Of a stretch of DNA of 64,000 nucleotides, positions 1 through 9,496 are shown in pieces (the stretch's first letter is position 1; each line of letters begins with the position of its first letter). Source of the DNA: an uncultured bacterium (lineage in GTDB: Bacteria > UBA8248 > CAZNSX01). A program made the translations under genes and the position numbers. Below the pieces are notes generated by a model. That model was given only the letters and a program-made list of their open reading frames with translations, was not told the origin of the DNA and searched no databases. The stretch lies in assembly GCA_964575845.1 (NCBI GenBank), contig CAZNSX010000004.1, positions 1-64,000 of the forward strand. The letters are read 5' to 3'.

Positions 1-76
1 AAACTCTCATTTTCCGTCTGATAGCCCCCAAGATGAGGAGATTCCGCGACCCGAGAAAGCCTATACCCTTGAGGAA

Positions 77-439
77 TTGGGAGATTTCTTACGGAGAGTC
101 CGGGAAAGAAGAAGGACTTCCCTGAATGAGGTTGCGAAGACGACCAAAGTGAGGTTGAGGTATCTCGAAGCACTCGAGCGAGGCAACCTTCGGCGGCTTC
201 CAGGATACCTCTATGGAAAGGGCTATCTCCAGTCTTATTTGTCGTTCCTCGATGAAAATCCCACCCCTTGGGCCAAACGCTACGAAGAACTGGTTGGGCT
301 GAAGGGAGGAGAGGAAGGGGATACGCGGCTGGGAGAAAGCCGAAAGCTCCTTTGGCGGTGCCCGTGGTTGGTCTTCTTGCTGCTTGGCCTCCTGGCGGTT
401 CTGGTACTGGTGGGCTGGCTGGCCAGGGATCTGATATAG
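77..439 (+). CDS. RodZ-like helix-turn-helix (HTH_25/XRE-type) membrane-anchored protein
   Basis: N-terminal 'LNEVAKTTKVRLRYLEALERG' HTH motif typical of RodZ/HTH_25, with a C-terminal hydrophobic TM segment (LVFLLLGLLAVLVLVGWL); the N-terminus may extend upstream of the window. Confidence 0.5.
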   Translation: MGDFLRRVRERRRTSLNEVAKTTKVRLRYLEALERGNLRRLPGYLYGKGYLQSYLSFLDENPTPWAKRYEELVGLKGGEEGDTRLGESRKLLWRCPWLVFLLLGLLAVLVLVGWLARDLI

Positions 440-919
440 GTGCTCGGGTTGAAGCTGAAAAATTGCGCCGCAGTGACGGCCCTGATTCTGGGCCTTCCAC
501 TCTTCCTCGCCTGGTTCGGGGGCATTGCTGCGGCTGGCGAGATTGTCCGGGTAAAGGTAAAGATGGCCAATGCTCGGACTGGCCCCGGAACCCGCTTCAC
601 GCGGGTTTGGGGGGCCCCCAAGAACTACCCATACCAGGTGATTAAGCGCCAGGGGCGCTGGCTGAAGGTACGCGATTTCTCTGGATATGAAGAGTGGGTC
701 TATGGCCCCTTGACCGATCGAAAGCCAGCCGTTGTGGTGAAAGTAAAACGAGCGAACATCCGGGGGGGGCCTGGGACGAATTACCCCAAACTATTTATGG
801 CTGATAGAGGAGTTGCCTTTCTCGTCTTAGGAAACAGAGGAAAATGGCTGGAGGTTCGCCACGCTGACGGAGATGAGGGATGGATACACAGAAATCTGGT
901 CTGGGGGAATCTCCACTAA
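440..919 (+). CDS. Secreted protein with two bacterial SH3 (SH3b/SH3_3) domains
   Basis: Signal/TM-like N-terminus, then two repeats of 'KVK.ANxRxGPGT.YP ... GRWLKV/GKWLEV ... GW', characteristic of SH3_3 domains. Confidence 0.6.
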   Translation: MLGLKLKNCAAVTALILGLPLFLAWFGGIAAAGEIVRVKVKMANARTGPGTRFTRVWGAPKNYPYQVIKRQGRWLKVRDFSGYEEWVYGPLTDRKPAVVVKVKRANIRGGPGTNYPKLFMADRGVAFLVLGNRGKWLEVRHADGDEGWIHRNLVWGNLH

Positions 920-1097
920 ACCGCGCAGCAGAGAAACCGCGAGGGAAGAGGGATTTTTCGGAATCGACCGCAATTGCTCCGGTTTCAGCGCTTCCTTTCC
1001 GCTGGCAGCGGCCCCAAGAAATGCCCCTCGCGTGAGTCCCGGCTGTACGGCAAGCTGGAGGACCCTCGTGTTTTTCCCAAACCGAGGAGGAAGAGCC

Positions 1098-1361
1098 ATG
1101 TTTACCCTGACCGAAGCTGCTGGAGCATTCCTGGCACAGAAGCTTGACCAGTCCGAAGCCCCTGAGGGTGTTGCCGCGCGAATCGTTATCGAGGGGTCCG
1201 GAAGGGTGCTGAAGTTTGACTACGTGCGTCCGGGCGATGCGACCTTCGCCCACGAGGGCCGCACCGTGCTGTTGCTCGACCAAAAGGCCTCGCAATCGCT
1301 CGCGGACAAAACGCTCGATGTCGAGGAAACTGAAGAGGGGCGGAAACTAAGGATGGCCTAA
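1098..1361 (+). CDS. Small hypothetical protein (HesB/IscA-like fold, no Cys)
   Basis: ATG at 1098 preceded by a GAGGAGGAAGAG RBS. The sequence (MFTLTEAAGAFLAQKL ... GSGRVLKFDY) resembles IscA/HesB N-termini but lacks the cluster-ligating cysteines. Confidence 0.35.
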   Translation: MFTLTEAAGAFLAQKLDQSEAPEGVAARIVIEGSGRVLKFDYVRPGDATFAHEGRTVLLLDQKASQSLADKTLDVEETEEGRKLRMA

Positions 1362-1487
1362 GCGGGCGCGTGTCGAGCGTCACGGGCCTGCAAGGGATTG
1401 GCGTGCAGCTCCGAGCCGATATGCGCTAGCGGTCCTTCGGAGCTGACCTTCACCGCGGTTTCCTGTTATCCCAGGGTGGGGATTAAG

Positions 1488-2030
1488 ATGGCTGCTATGC
1501 GCGAAGAATACCTGGGCGAAATGGCTCAGATAAATAGATGGAAGCGCGGGGCGGAACTCGGGCTCTCATCCGGGAGGACCTTTCTGCATCTTCTGAAGCA
1601 TGTTCCCAATCTGACCCTGATAGGCGTTGACCTCTGGGCAGCGCAGCCAGGCAATCCAGGGCCTGAGGATTATGTGGGGTGGCCCCATGAGGAGAACGAA
1701 AGCCGGGTGCGAGAGGGAGCGAAGGAATTCGGGGAGAGGGCCATCATCTATAAGATGCGGACGGACGATGCTGCCGCCCTCGTACCGGACGGCTCGCTCG
1801 ATTTCATCTTCATCGATGCGGACCATTCCGCCCAAGCCGTGCGTCGCGATATAAAGCTCTGGAGCCCGAAGGTGAGAAAAGGCGGGTGGATTTGCGGCCA
1901 TGACATAGATTGGTCTTCGGTCCATGAAGTAGTGGAAGAGCTCTTGCCCGGCTATATTATGGGGCCTGATAGCATGTGGGCGAGGGAGAAATCACAAACG
2001 GCGCCGAGGGCCCTATGGCGACATCGATGA
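1488..2030 (+). CDS. Class I SAM-dependent methyltransferase (CmcI/Methyltransf_24-like)
   Basis: Motifs 'LTLIGVDLW' and 'LDFIFIDADHS' are typical of CmcI/O-MT family-3 Rossmann methyltransferases. Internal ATG at 1488 follows an AGGTGGGGATTAAG RBS. Confidence 0.6.
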   Translation: MAAMREEYLGEMAQINRWKRGAELGLSSGRTFLHLLKHVPNLTLIGVDLWAAQPGNPGPEDYVGWPHEENESRVREGAKEFGERAIIYKMRTDDAAALVPDGSLDFIFIDADHSAQAVRRDIKLWSPKVRKGGWICGHDIDWSSVHEVVEELLPGYIMGPDSMWAREKSQTAPRALWRHR

Positions 2031-2129
2031 TGTTAATGATGAGGAGTCAGAGCACACCCACCGAGGGCACGAGCATACTCATCTGAAGCAGGGATATGTG
2101 AGAGTCTTAATCTTAAGGAGGTACCTAAG

Positions 2130-2480
2130 ATGGCAAGAGAATCGATAAAACCGTTTGTGTGGGGCGTGGTGGCTGGCGCAGTTGCGTTGCTTATTGTCAT
2201 TTTCGCGACGGGATGGGTAGTGACGAATCGCTCTGCCCAAGCTACAGCTGAGGAAATGGCTGAAACGGCCCTTGTAGAAAACCTGGCACCGATTTGCGTC
2301 GCACAGTTTCTGGAGGATCCAAACAGGGAAGAGCGATTCAAGGAGTTGAAAGAAAAAGGCTCCTGGCAGAGGGGCGATTTTGTGAAAGAAGCGGGTTGGG
2401 CGACAATGCCCCGCAGTAAATCGCCCGATCCTGAAGTTGCCGATGAATGTGCCAAACGGATTATCGAGCTCAAGCGGTAA
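2130..2480 (+). CDS. Hypothetical membrane-anchored protein
   Basis: Strong RBS (AAGGAGG) 6 nt upstream; single N-terminal TM helix (VWGVVAGAVALLIVIFATGWVV), then a charged soluble tail. Confidence 0.5.
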   Translation: MARESIKPFVWGVVAGAVALLIVIFATGWVVTNRSAQATAEEMAETALVENLAPICVAQFLEDPNREERFKELKEKGSWQRGDFVKEAGWATMPRSKSPDPEVADECAKRIIELKR

Positions 2481-2765
2481 GTACCCCTTGGCCTGCGTCC
2501 ATTAATTAGCGCTCGGTTTAAGGGAAATACAAGATCGTCAGGGGGTTCGTGTACTGAATCTCCAGGCTGAGAACCCGCGCAACCATCGAGGCAAGAGGCG
2601 GCGACCTGGCGAGATGGTCTCGGATGTAGCCGAAGGCCACGCGCGTCGGCTTACTCATTCATAGGGAAAAGAAAAATGCCCAGAGCCCTCAGCCTCTCTG
2701 CTCTCATTCTCCACACCCTCACGACTTATAATAGAGGGCCTGAAGTTCGCCGTTAAGAAGGAAAA

Positions 2766-3527
2766 TTGGATATGGTTGCAGCAATAACTATCATCGTTCT
2801 ACTTCTCATCTTTCTCGTGAGCGCCATTCGGATTCTCAGGGAATACGAACGCGGGGTCATCCTGCGCTTGGGACGTTTCCACAAAGTCAAGGGACCAGGG
2901 ATCATAATCGTGTGGCCCATCATTGATAAGATGTTCCGCACAAGCCTGAGGGTGGTCACCCATGATGTGCCCCCGCAGGACATCATCACCCGGGATAACG
3001 TGTCGGTAAAGGTGAACGCGGTGCTCTTCTACCGCGTTCTCGAACCCCAGGAGGCTGTGATCGAGGTGGAAAATTACAGGTTCGCAACATCGCAGCTCGC
3101 TCAAACCACCATGCGGAGTGTCCTGGGTCAGGCGGATCTGGATGAACTCCTCTCGGCGCGGGACAAGATAAATCAGCACCTGCAGGATCTTCTGGACAAG
3201 GCCACAGACCCCTGGGGCATTAAGGTTACCAATGTGGAGATAAAGCACGTGGATCTCCCGGATGAGATGAAGCGGGCCATGGCCAAGCAGGCCGAAGCCG
3301 AGAGGGAGCGCCGGGCAAAGGTGATCAGCGCGGAGGGAGAGTTCCAGGCGGCCACAAAGCTCTTCGATGCGGCCGATATCATGAGCAAGGAGCCAATCTC
3401 CGTGCAGCTCAGATTCCTCCAGACCCTGAGGGAGGTTTCCGCAGAGAATAATTCCACCACCATATTCCCCGTTCCCATAGACCTCTTCCGGCCCTTCATC
3501 AGCCTGATGGGAAGCTCAGGAAAATAG
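2766..3527 (+). CDS. SPFH/Band 7 (stomatin/prohibitin-like) family protein
   Basis: N-terminal TM segment, then a canonical SPFH core ('[14 protein letters not shown]', '[28 protein letters not shown]', '[20 protein letters not shown]', '[30 protein letters not shown]'). Confidence 0.9.
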   Translation: MDMVAAITIIVLLLIFLVSAIRILREYERGVILRLGRFHKVKGPGIIIVWPIIDKMFRTSLRVVTHDVPPQDIITRDNVSVKVNAVLFYRVLEPQEAVIEVENYRFATSQLAQTTMRSVLGQADLDELLSARDKINQHLQDLLDKATDPWGIKVTNVEIKHVDLPDEMKRAMAKQAEAERERRAKVISAEGEFQAATKLFDAADIMSKEPISVQLRFLQTLREVSAENNSTTIFPVPIDLFRPFISLMGSSGK

Positions 3528-3678
3528 CAAGCGCCCAGGGAAGCGGTCTTGGGAGGAATTGGCATGGAACTGATGATTTTGAAGTTGAAAACCCTTCAGT
3601 GGCCCGAGGAGCCCTACAAGGAATACCGCAGTAAGGATTGCACGAACGCATCCGTTAGGAACGGAGAAGGAGGAGCTT

Positions 3679-4104
3679 ATGAGTGCAACGAAAATGGGAG
3701 ACAAAGTGCGTGTCCACTACACGGGCCGGCTTGAGGACGGAGCCGTCTTTGACAGCTCGCAAGATCGAGCTCCCTTGGAGTTCACGGCAGGAGGCGGCGG
3801 GGTGATTCCTGGGCTGAGCCAGGCCGTCCTGGGCATGAACCCGGGCGAGTCGAAAACCGTCGAGGTGGCTGCCGAGGACGCCTTCGGGCCGCGCGAGCCT
3901 GCACTCGAACGTCGCGTTCCCCGCAGCATGCTACCCCAGGAGGTTCGGGTCGGCGAGCGGTTCTCCGCAATGATCGGAGACAGCGCCATCACGGTTCGCG
4001 TCACGAAGCTCGGCGAGGATTTCGCCGTCGTCGACGCCAATCACCCGTTGGCCGGGCGCACCATTATCTTCGACCTCGAACTGGTCTCTGTCGAGTCGCA
4101 GTAA
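3679..4104 (+). CDS. slyD: FKBP-type peptidyl-prolyl cis-trans isomerase (SlyD-like, short form)
   Basis: 'VRVHYTGRLEDGAVFDSS ... PLEFTAGGGGVIPGLSQAVLGMNPGESKTVEV' is the FKBP core with an IF-domain insert, as in SlyD. Confidence 0.8.
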   Translation: MSATKMGDKVRVHYTGRLEDGAVFDSSQDRAPLEFTAGGGGVIPGLSQAVLGMNPGESKTVEVAAEDAFGPREPALERRVPRSMLPQEVRVGERFSAMIGDSAITVRVTKLGEDFAVVDANHPLAGRTIIFDLELVSVESQ

Positions 4105-4266
4105 GGCTGACCGAGATGAGCCCCAGGATTCATACGGACAACCTCCCCCGGTCATGAAGCTCTGGAGATCTGAAACGATTGTTAGAGGACCGTGCGGAGG
4201 CGCGTCCTGGGTGTGGCGGCCACTGGTGAGGTAAATTAAGAATCTACGATTATGGTTCAGCCCTGC

Positions 4267-5583
4267 CTAGAGGATGTGTCTAAAATATCTGGATAAGAGG
4301 TCCGCCACTGACATGCCGCGAAAGAGCCACGGATTCAGTATGTCCTCACATACGTCCCACCAGAAGATGAAGAGCACTAACCCTGCTATCTGGGTTATTC
4401 CGTGGTTCACACGGAAAAGCCGCCAGTCCCAGCCCTGGGAGAGGGACTTCAGAGAGGAAGCGCTAATGTTCTTCGGAATCCAGGAGGGGACACGGCTGCA
4501 GTACTCCTCATGCTCTCGGGGATAAAGGAGCCTCAGGTGTCTCTCTTCTTTACGAACTCTTATACGAAAGACAACCCATGCCCCCCCCGCCAGGGCAACC
4601 GCGAGGGGAATATTGGAGAGGCCGAGCCCCACTCCCGCCGCCATGATGATATTACCGACATAAAGCGGGTGACGAATATAACCGTAAGGGCCGCTGGTTA
4701 CGAGCTCTTTCTTTTTCCTCAGATACCCCAACGACCAGCAACGTATCATCATGCCGACCATCAGCGCCCCGAGCCCCGGAAAAGAGAGGTCGCGGTTGAA
4801 GAGGGCAACACCGCTCAAGGTCAGTAGAAAAGCTCCTGCAACTCGCCACTTATTGTATGACCACAATGCCAGATCCCCTCCATATCCGAGAATCCCAGGA
4901 ATGTTGAAGTGCAAATTGAAATATTCGGCGAGCTCGGGCAGGCTCAGGAAAAGCACGATGCTGAGCCCGGTCCAGTACTCCTTCCGAAGGGCCCTCATCT
5001 CAAAAGAGCCCTCGGGCCGGCTCGAACGCCGCCCCCGGCGCGGCAGGAGCCGCGGGACCTCGGCCCTGTACCGATGGTACGCCTCTCCGAACGAGGCGCT
5101 GAGAAACCGCTCTTCAAGGAGGATGACATTCCAGTAAACAAACCCAAAATACACCACGACGCCCAAAAGTATCCAGGGAGATTTGAAGATCAGGCCCATC
5201 CCTAGGGCGATGAGGAAATTTCCGAGATAAATGGGGTTTCGCATGTAGCGGTAGGGGCCAGCCGTCACAAGCCGCTTGGCCTTGAGGCGCTTTGAGCGGG
5301 TGCTGCGGCCCGCATACCCGACGGCCAAGACGCGTATTCCTTCCCCCACTGCGCAAAGGGCGATTGCAGCATAGTCAAAGAGTTCGTCGACAAAGCCCCC
5401 CTCCGAAAACGGGCTGCCGGTGAGGAGAAGCACAACTACCGCAGCAGAGAAGAAAGGAACGGGGAGGTATCCCCGATGGCGGTAGATAAATTCCCTCATC
5501 CGCCAGACCCACGCATCACTCCCCACCTTTTCTGGAACTGTGAGAGAAGCATTGCAATCTTCGGTTTCAGAAAGGGAGCGCAT
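4267..5583 (-). CDS. Membrane protein with two tandem isoprenylcysteine carboxyl methyltransferase (ICMT/PEMT) domains
   Basis: Two repeats of the ICMT C-terminal signature ('GPYRYMRNPIYLGNFL ... EERFL ... FGEAYHRYRAEVPRLLP' and 'GPYGYIRHPLYVGNII ... EERHLRLLYPREHEEYCSRVP'), each preceded by multiple TM helices. Confidence 0.7.
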   Translation of the reverse strand: MRSLSETEDCNASLTVPEKVGSDAWVWRMREFIYRHRGYLPVPFFSAAVVVLLLTGSPFSEGGFVDELFDYAAIALCAVGEGIRVLAVGYAGRSTRSKRLKAKRLVTAGPYRYMRNPIYLGNFLIALGMGLIFKSPWILLGVVVYFGFVYWNVILLEERFLSASFGEAYHRYRAEVPRLLPRRGRRSSRPEGSFEMRALRKEYWTGLSIVLFLSLPELAEYFNLHFNIPGILGYGGDLALWSYNKWRVAGAFLLTLSGVALFNRDLSFPGLGALMVGMMIRCWSLGYLRKKKELVTSGPYGYIRHPLYVGNIIMAAGVGLGLSNIPLAVALAGGAWVVFRIRVRKEERHLRLLYPREHEEYCSRVPSWIPKNISASSLKSLSQGWDWRLFRVNHGITQIAGLVLFIFWWDVCEDILNPWLFRGMSVADLLSRYFRHIL

Positions 5584-5663
5584 GGGTCTCCCTCCCCATA
5601 CCTGATGCAGTCATAATTTGCCCCACGATCGGATTAAGATCATAACCTATAATCAACTTTTTC

Positions 5664-6971
5664 TCAACTATTTCCCGGACCTTCGGGTCTGAGGGCCTCC
5701 ATCTCACCCATGTAAGGCCTGAGTGCCTCGGGGATGAGGACGGAGCCGTCCGCCTGCTGGAACTGCTCAAGGAGGGCAACAACAGTCCTCCCCACCGCCA
5801 GCCCGGAGCCATTAAGGGTATGGACAAGCTCCGGCTTCGAGCCGGCCGCCCTCCTGAATCTTATCCTGGCCCGCCTCGCCTGAAAGTCCTCGAAGTTGCT
5901 GCAGGAGGAGATTTCCCGATAAGCCTCCTGAGAGGGAATCCAAACTTCCAGGTCATAGGTCTTGGCTGCGGCAAACCCGAGGTCCCCGGTGCAGAGAGAT
6001 ACCACTCTGTAGTGAAGCCCGAGGCGCCTTAAGACTTCCTCGGCATCCCGAGTGAGGGCCTCGAGCTCCTGGTAGCTCTCCTCAGGGGTTGTAAACTTCA
6101 CGAGTTCCACCTTGTCAAATTGATGCTGCCGGATGAGCCCCCTCACTTCCTTCCCGTAGGCTCCCGCCTCGCTCCTGAAGCAGGGCGTGTAGGCAACATA
6201 CTTTAGAGGGAGCTCCTCCCCCTTGAGGACCTCCTCCCGGTGGATATTGGTCACCGGGACCTCAGCCGTGGGGATGAGATAGTAGTTCCCCCCGTCAACG
6301 CTGAAGAGGTCTTCTTTGAATTTGGGGAGCTGACCCGTCGCCTCCATGCAGGGGGGGGTGACCATGAGGGGAGTCCACCATTCAAGGTACCCGTGCTCCC
6401 GGATATGGAGCTCAAGCATGAAGGTGATGAGGGCTCTCGCGAGAAGGGCCCCGGGGCCGCGGTAAAGGGCAAAGCGCGCGCCCGAGAGCTTGGCCGCCCG
6501 CTTAAGGTCCAAAATTCCCAGCCGCTCCCCGAGCTCATCATGAGCCTTGGGAGGGAAGGAAAACCGGGGCTTCTCCCCCCAGGTGCGGATGAGGGGATTA
6601 TCCTCAGGGCTTTTCCCGTCAGGGGTCGTCTCATGGGGAAAATTCGGAAGAAAGAGGAGCTCCTGCTCAAGTTCCCCCTCAAGTTTGCTCAACTGATTTT
6701 CCATCTCCTTGAGGCTCCCCGAGAGGGCCTGGCTTTCCTCTTTGAGGGCCTCAATCTCCACCCCCACCCCTCCCCCTCGCATCCGGGAGCCTATATCCTT
6801 AGAAAGAGTCTTTATCCTGTGACGGCTCTCTTCCACCCGCTGAAGGAGCGACCTCCGAACCGCATCATGATCAAGCACTCTTGCGAGGCCCGCCATATAC
6901 TCTCCACCCCTTCGGCTAAGGGCCCTTGAGATGCCCTCCGGGTCTTCCCTCAACCGTTTGAGGTCTATCAT
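5664..6971 (-). CDS. serS: Seryl-tRNA synthetase
   Basis: Full-length class II aaRS: N-terminal coiled coil ([12 protein letters not shown]...), then the catalytic core ('[25 protein letters not shown]', '[19 protein letters not shown]'). Start set at the internal ATG (MIDLKRL) with an upstream GGGGGGAAAGAG RBS. Confidence 0.9.
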   Translation of the reverse strand: MIDLKRLREDPEGISRALSRRGGEYMAGLARVLDHDAVRRSLLQRVEESRHRIKTLSKDIGSRMRGGGVGVEIEALKEESQALSGSLKEMENQLSKLEGELEQELLFLPNFPHETTPDGKSPEDNPLIRTWGEKPRFSFPPKAHDELGERLGILDLKRAAKLSGARFALYRGPGALLARALITFMLELHIREHGYLEWWTPLMVTPPCMEATGQLPKFKEDLFSVDGGNYYLIPTAEVPVTNIHREEVLKGEELPLKYVAYTPCFRSEAGAYGKEVRGLIRQHQFDKVELVKFTTPEESYQELEALTRDAEEVLRRLGLHYRVVSLCTGDLGFAAAKTYDLEVWIPSQEAYREISSCSNFEDFQARRARIRFRRAAGSKPELVHTLNGSGLAVGRTVVALLEQFQQADGSVLIPEALRPYMGEMEALRPEGPGNS

Positions 6972-7213
6972 CTCTTTCCCCCCAAGGCCTTGAAATGAAC
7001 CATTTGTTGATGATATGGCCAGAAAGTCCCTTTGTAAAGGCTCAAGAGCCCAGATCCCCCAAGCCGCGCCCCCAGAATATATCTTCAGCACTGGTGGCGC
7101 TGGCAACCCCTTTTTCTTGCAATTTCACTGATATCTGCTAGATTAAGATGGCTTTGGGGAGGCTCTAAGAAGCTGGCCCGAGAGCTTATGCGAGCCTTAT
7201 CTCACAAGGAGAA

Positions 7214-7648
7214 ATGCAAATGGCCGAGAGGGTCCGCTATGTTTGGCGAGGAGAAGAGGGCAGGGAAGAGCCCATTCCCATGCTCGAGCAAGTGAAACGC
7301 ATGGTGGTGATAGACGAGAAAACGGTGGGGGCCGGGGAGATAACCTTCCTGTGGACCCACTGGGGCCCCAAGACCTCATGGCACGCCAGGCACCGCCACC
7401 CCCATGCCGAGGAGGTCATCTACATGGTCTCAGGCCGCGCTGTGGGCGGGGTAAATGGTGAGGAGAGGACCTTTGAGCCCGGGGACATCATCTGGGTTCC
7501 CAAGGGAGAAGTTCACTGGGCCTATAACCCCTTTGATGAGCCAGCCGTGATACTGACTATTTATACAAAGGCCTCCCTAAAAGAGGTCGGGTACCAAGTG
7601 GTAGAGAAGAAGGCTCCGGAAGGCGCAAGGCAAGAAGGGGAAGCCTGA
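7214..7648 (+). CDS. Cupin domain protein
   Basis: 'HRHPHAEEVIYMVSGRA...GDIIWVPKGEVHWAYN' contains the two-His/Glu cupin motifs. Confidence 0.7.
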   Translation: MQMAERVRYVWRGEEGREEPIPMLEQVKRMVVIDEKTVGAGEITFLWTHWGPKTSWHARHRHPHAEEVIYMVSGRAVGGVNGEERTFEPGDIIWVPKGEVHWAYNPFDEPAVILTIYTKASLKEVGYQVVEKKAPEGARQEGEA

Positions 7649-8042
7649 GAGTCGGGCATTCGTTTTTGGCCGCACCCGTGATTTGTAACGGGGGTTTCGG
7701 GGAGCTTTAGCGGGCTCGCCCCCTGACCGATAAGGGCTATAGGAGAGACTTTGCCAGAATAGTTCCGGGAGGTCTCTTCATCATCCAGGGTGTTCCTCCT
7801 CCGTCGGTCTGCCTCGGGGGAATCCTCCGCCCCTCCCGAGGGGGATAGGCCGCGGCGGGGGGAAGTTCCGGGGCATTCGAGGGGTCCTCCTCTCGGATAA
7901 GCCTCGGAGGGAGGCCTCCCGGCTAGGGTTCAGGAAAGAGGGACTTCAGTTGGGCTCTACGAGCTACATCCAGGAGGTCTGCGCGAGCCGGAGATGAGAA
8001 GATAGGGAGAGGGAACGTTATCTCCTCCCCCGGGGGAACGGC

Positions 8043-9098
8043 GTGAATCCTTTCGGGTTTCTTGACGACGATTTCAACCAGCGGGAAGAGCTGGCTCACG
8101 CCGTGGGCTTCATCCGCTCTCTCGAGTGCCGCCTGATAACCAGGGACGCTTTCAGGCAGGCGACCTCTGAGAGGGAGGTCGGAAGGGCCTGGGAGGTCCT
8201 GAGAGAGGCCTCAGATGGCGCCTATGAGAACCCACCCGATAGAGGTCTCTCCCAAAAGGGCGTTGAGATGGCCGCCGCCCGTCGCCTGGGTCAAGCCATA
8301 AGAGATGTGGCATCGGTAACCCCTCACGAGGAGGTTGCCCTCTATTTTGCCGTGGGCTATGATTTCCAGAACCTGAAGGCTCTTTTGAGGAGAGAGCTTC
8401 TTGGAGAGACCCCGCCGCTTGAGCTCAGTCCGGCGGGATTTGTCGACCCTGAGAGTCTGGTTCTTGCGCTGGGGGGCGACTCCTCGGCTGGAGTGCCCCT
8501 CCTCTACCAGAGGGCCCTTTCAGAGGCCAGGTCCAGAGCCGTCTCCGAAGGCGGGCCCGCGCTCCTGGACCTTCTCCTGGACCGCCACATGTTCAGCTTC
8601 CTCTTTCAGGAGCTGAGAAAGGAGGGCGCTTTTCTCAAACGCCTTTTCAGCGCACGCGCCGACCTCACAAACCTCTCTGCTTTCATCCGGTTGCGGGCAC
8701 GGGGGGAAGGGGGTAGGCTCTCTTCGGAGGGGTTCTTCGTCGAAGCGGGCACTCTCAGCCGGGAGCGCCTCTCGGAGCTCTGGCTCAGCCCACCTGAGGC
8801 TCTGCAGGCTGCTTTCTCAGGCGGCATTTATCGGGAATTTGTGGAGGAAGCCTTGAGGGCCTTGAAGGAGGGGGAGGCCTACCCTCAAGGGTTTGGCCTT
8901 CTGGATAAGTCAAGGGACGACTACATCATGGCCATCGCCATGCCGGGGCGGTACGTGGCGTTCGGCCCAGAGCCGCTCGCCGCCTACCTCGTGGCCGTGG
9001 AAGCCGAAGTCACTAACGTGAGGCTCATCATGGCGGGAAAGAGCGCGGGGCTTCCTCCGGCAGAAATTACCCCCCTCCTCAGGGAGACTTATGTCTAA
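8043..9098 (+). CDS. atpC: A/V-type ATP synthase subunit C (V0 d / AC39 family)
   Basis: 351 aa alpha-helical protein with the A/V-ATPase C-subunit architecture. Its stop overlaps the subunit F start (9091), as in atpCFA operons. GTG start; the true start may lie upstream. Confidence 0.75.
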   Translation: MNPFGFLDDDFNQREELAHAVGFIRSLECRLITRDAFRQATSEREVGRAWEVLREASDGAYENPPDRGLSQKGVEMAAARRLGQAIRDVASVTPHEEVALYFAVGYDFQNLKALLRRELLGETPPLELSPAGFVDPESLVLALGGDSSAGVPLLYQRALSEARSRAVSEGGPALLDLLLDRHMFSFLFQELRKEGAFLKRLFSARADLTNLSAFIRLRARGEGGRLSSEGFFVEAGTLSRERLSELWLSPPEALQAAFSGGIYREFVEEALRALKEGEAYPQGFGLLDKSRDDYIMAIAMPGRYVAFGPEPLAAYLVAVEAEVTNVRLIMAGKSAGLPPAEITPLLRETYV

Positions 9099-9432
9099 GG
9101 TCGCCTTTATAGGAAGAAGGGACGCCGTCTTAGGATTTGCCCCTCTGGGCGTTGAAGTCTATATGGTCGAGGGGGTGGAAGAAGCCGGAGAGGCTCTTGA
9201 GCGAGCCATAAAAGCCGGGGCTTCCGCCATATTTCTCACTGAAGAGCTGGCCCCTGGCCTCAGCGAGAGGCTCGAAGCCCTGGGTCGTCTTCCCGTTCCA
9301 GCCCTCACGGTTCTGCCGGGACCTGGAGCGGTCGCGCGTTTGGGCAGAGAACGCCTGAGGCGCCATATGGAAAAGGCCCTCGGTACGGACGCCCTCTTCC
9401 AAGAGGGGATGGAAGGCGAGGCACAAGAGTGA
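9091..9432 (+). CDS. atpF: A/V-type ATP synthase subunit F
   Basis: ~110 aa protein ('KVAFIGRRDAVLGFAPLGVEVY...AIFLTEELA') matching V-ATPase F subunit size and motif. Translationally coupled to subunit C and directly upstream of subunit A. Confidence 0.75.
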   Translation: MSKVAFIGRRDAVLGFAPLGVEVYMVEGVEEAGEALERAIKAGASAIFLTEELAPGLSERLEALGRLPVPALTVLPGPGAVARLGRERLRRHMEKALGTDALFQEGMEGEAQE

Positions 9433-9496
9433 GGTGGCCCCTGAGGGGATTCATATCTGACGCATTCAGAAGGGACGTCCTTAGAGGAAGATTTCT

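Noticed and set aside
2281-2296. sigma54-like TGGCAC-N5-TGCG element
   Set aside because: Lies inside a coding region, and the spacing and -12 element are imperfect.
3549-3734. 61-aa ORF upstream of the FKBP gene
   Set aside because: Overlaps the FKBP start region; no RBS or motif. Likely noncoding leader.
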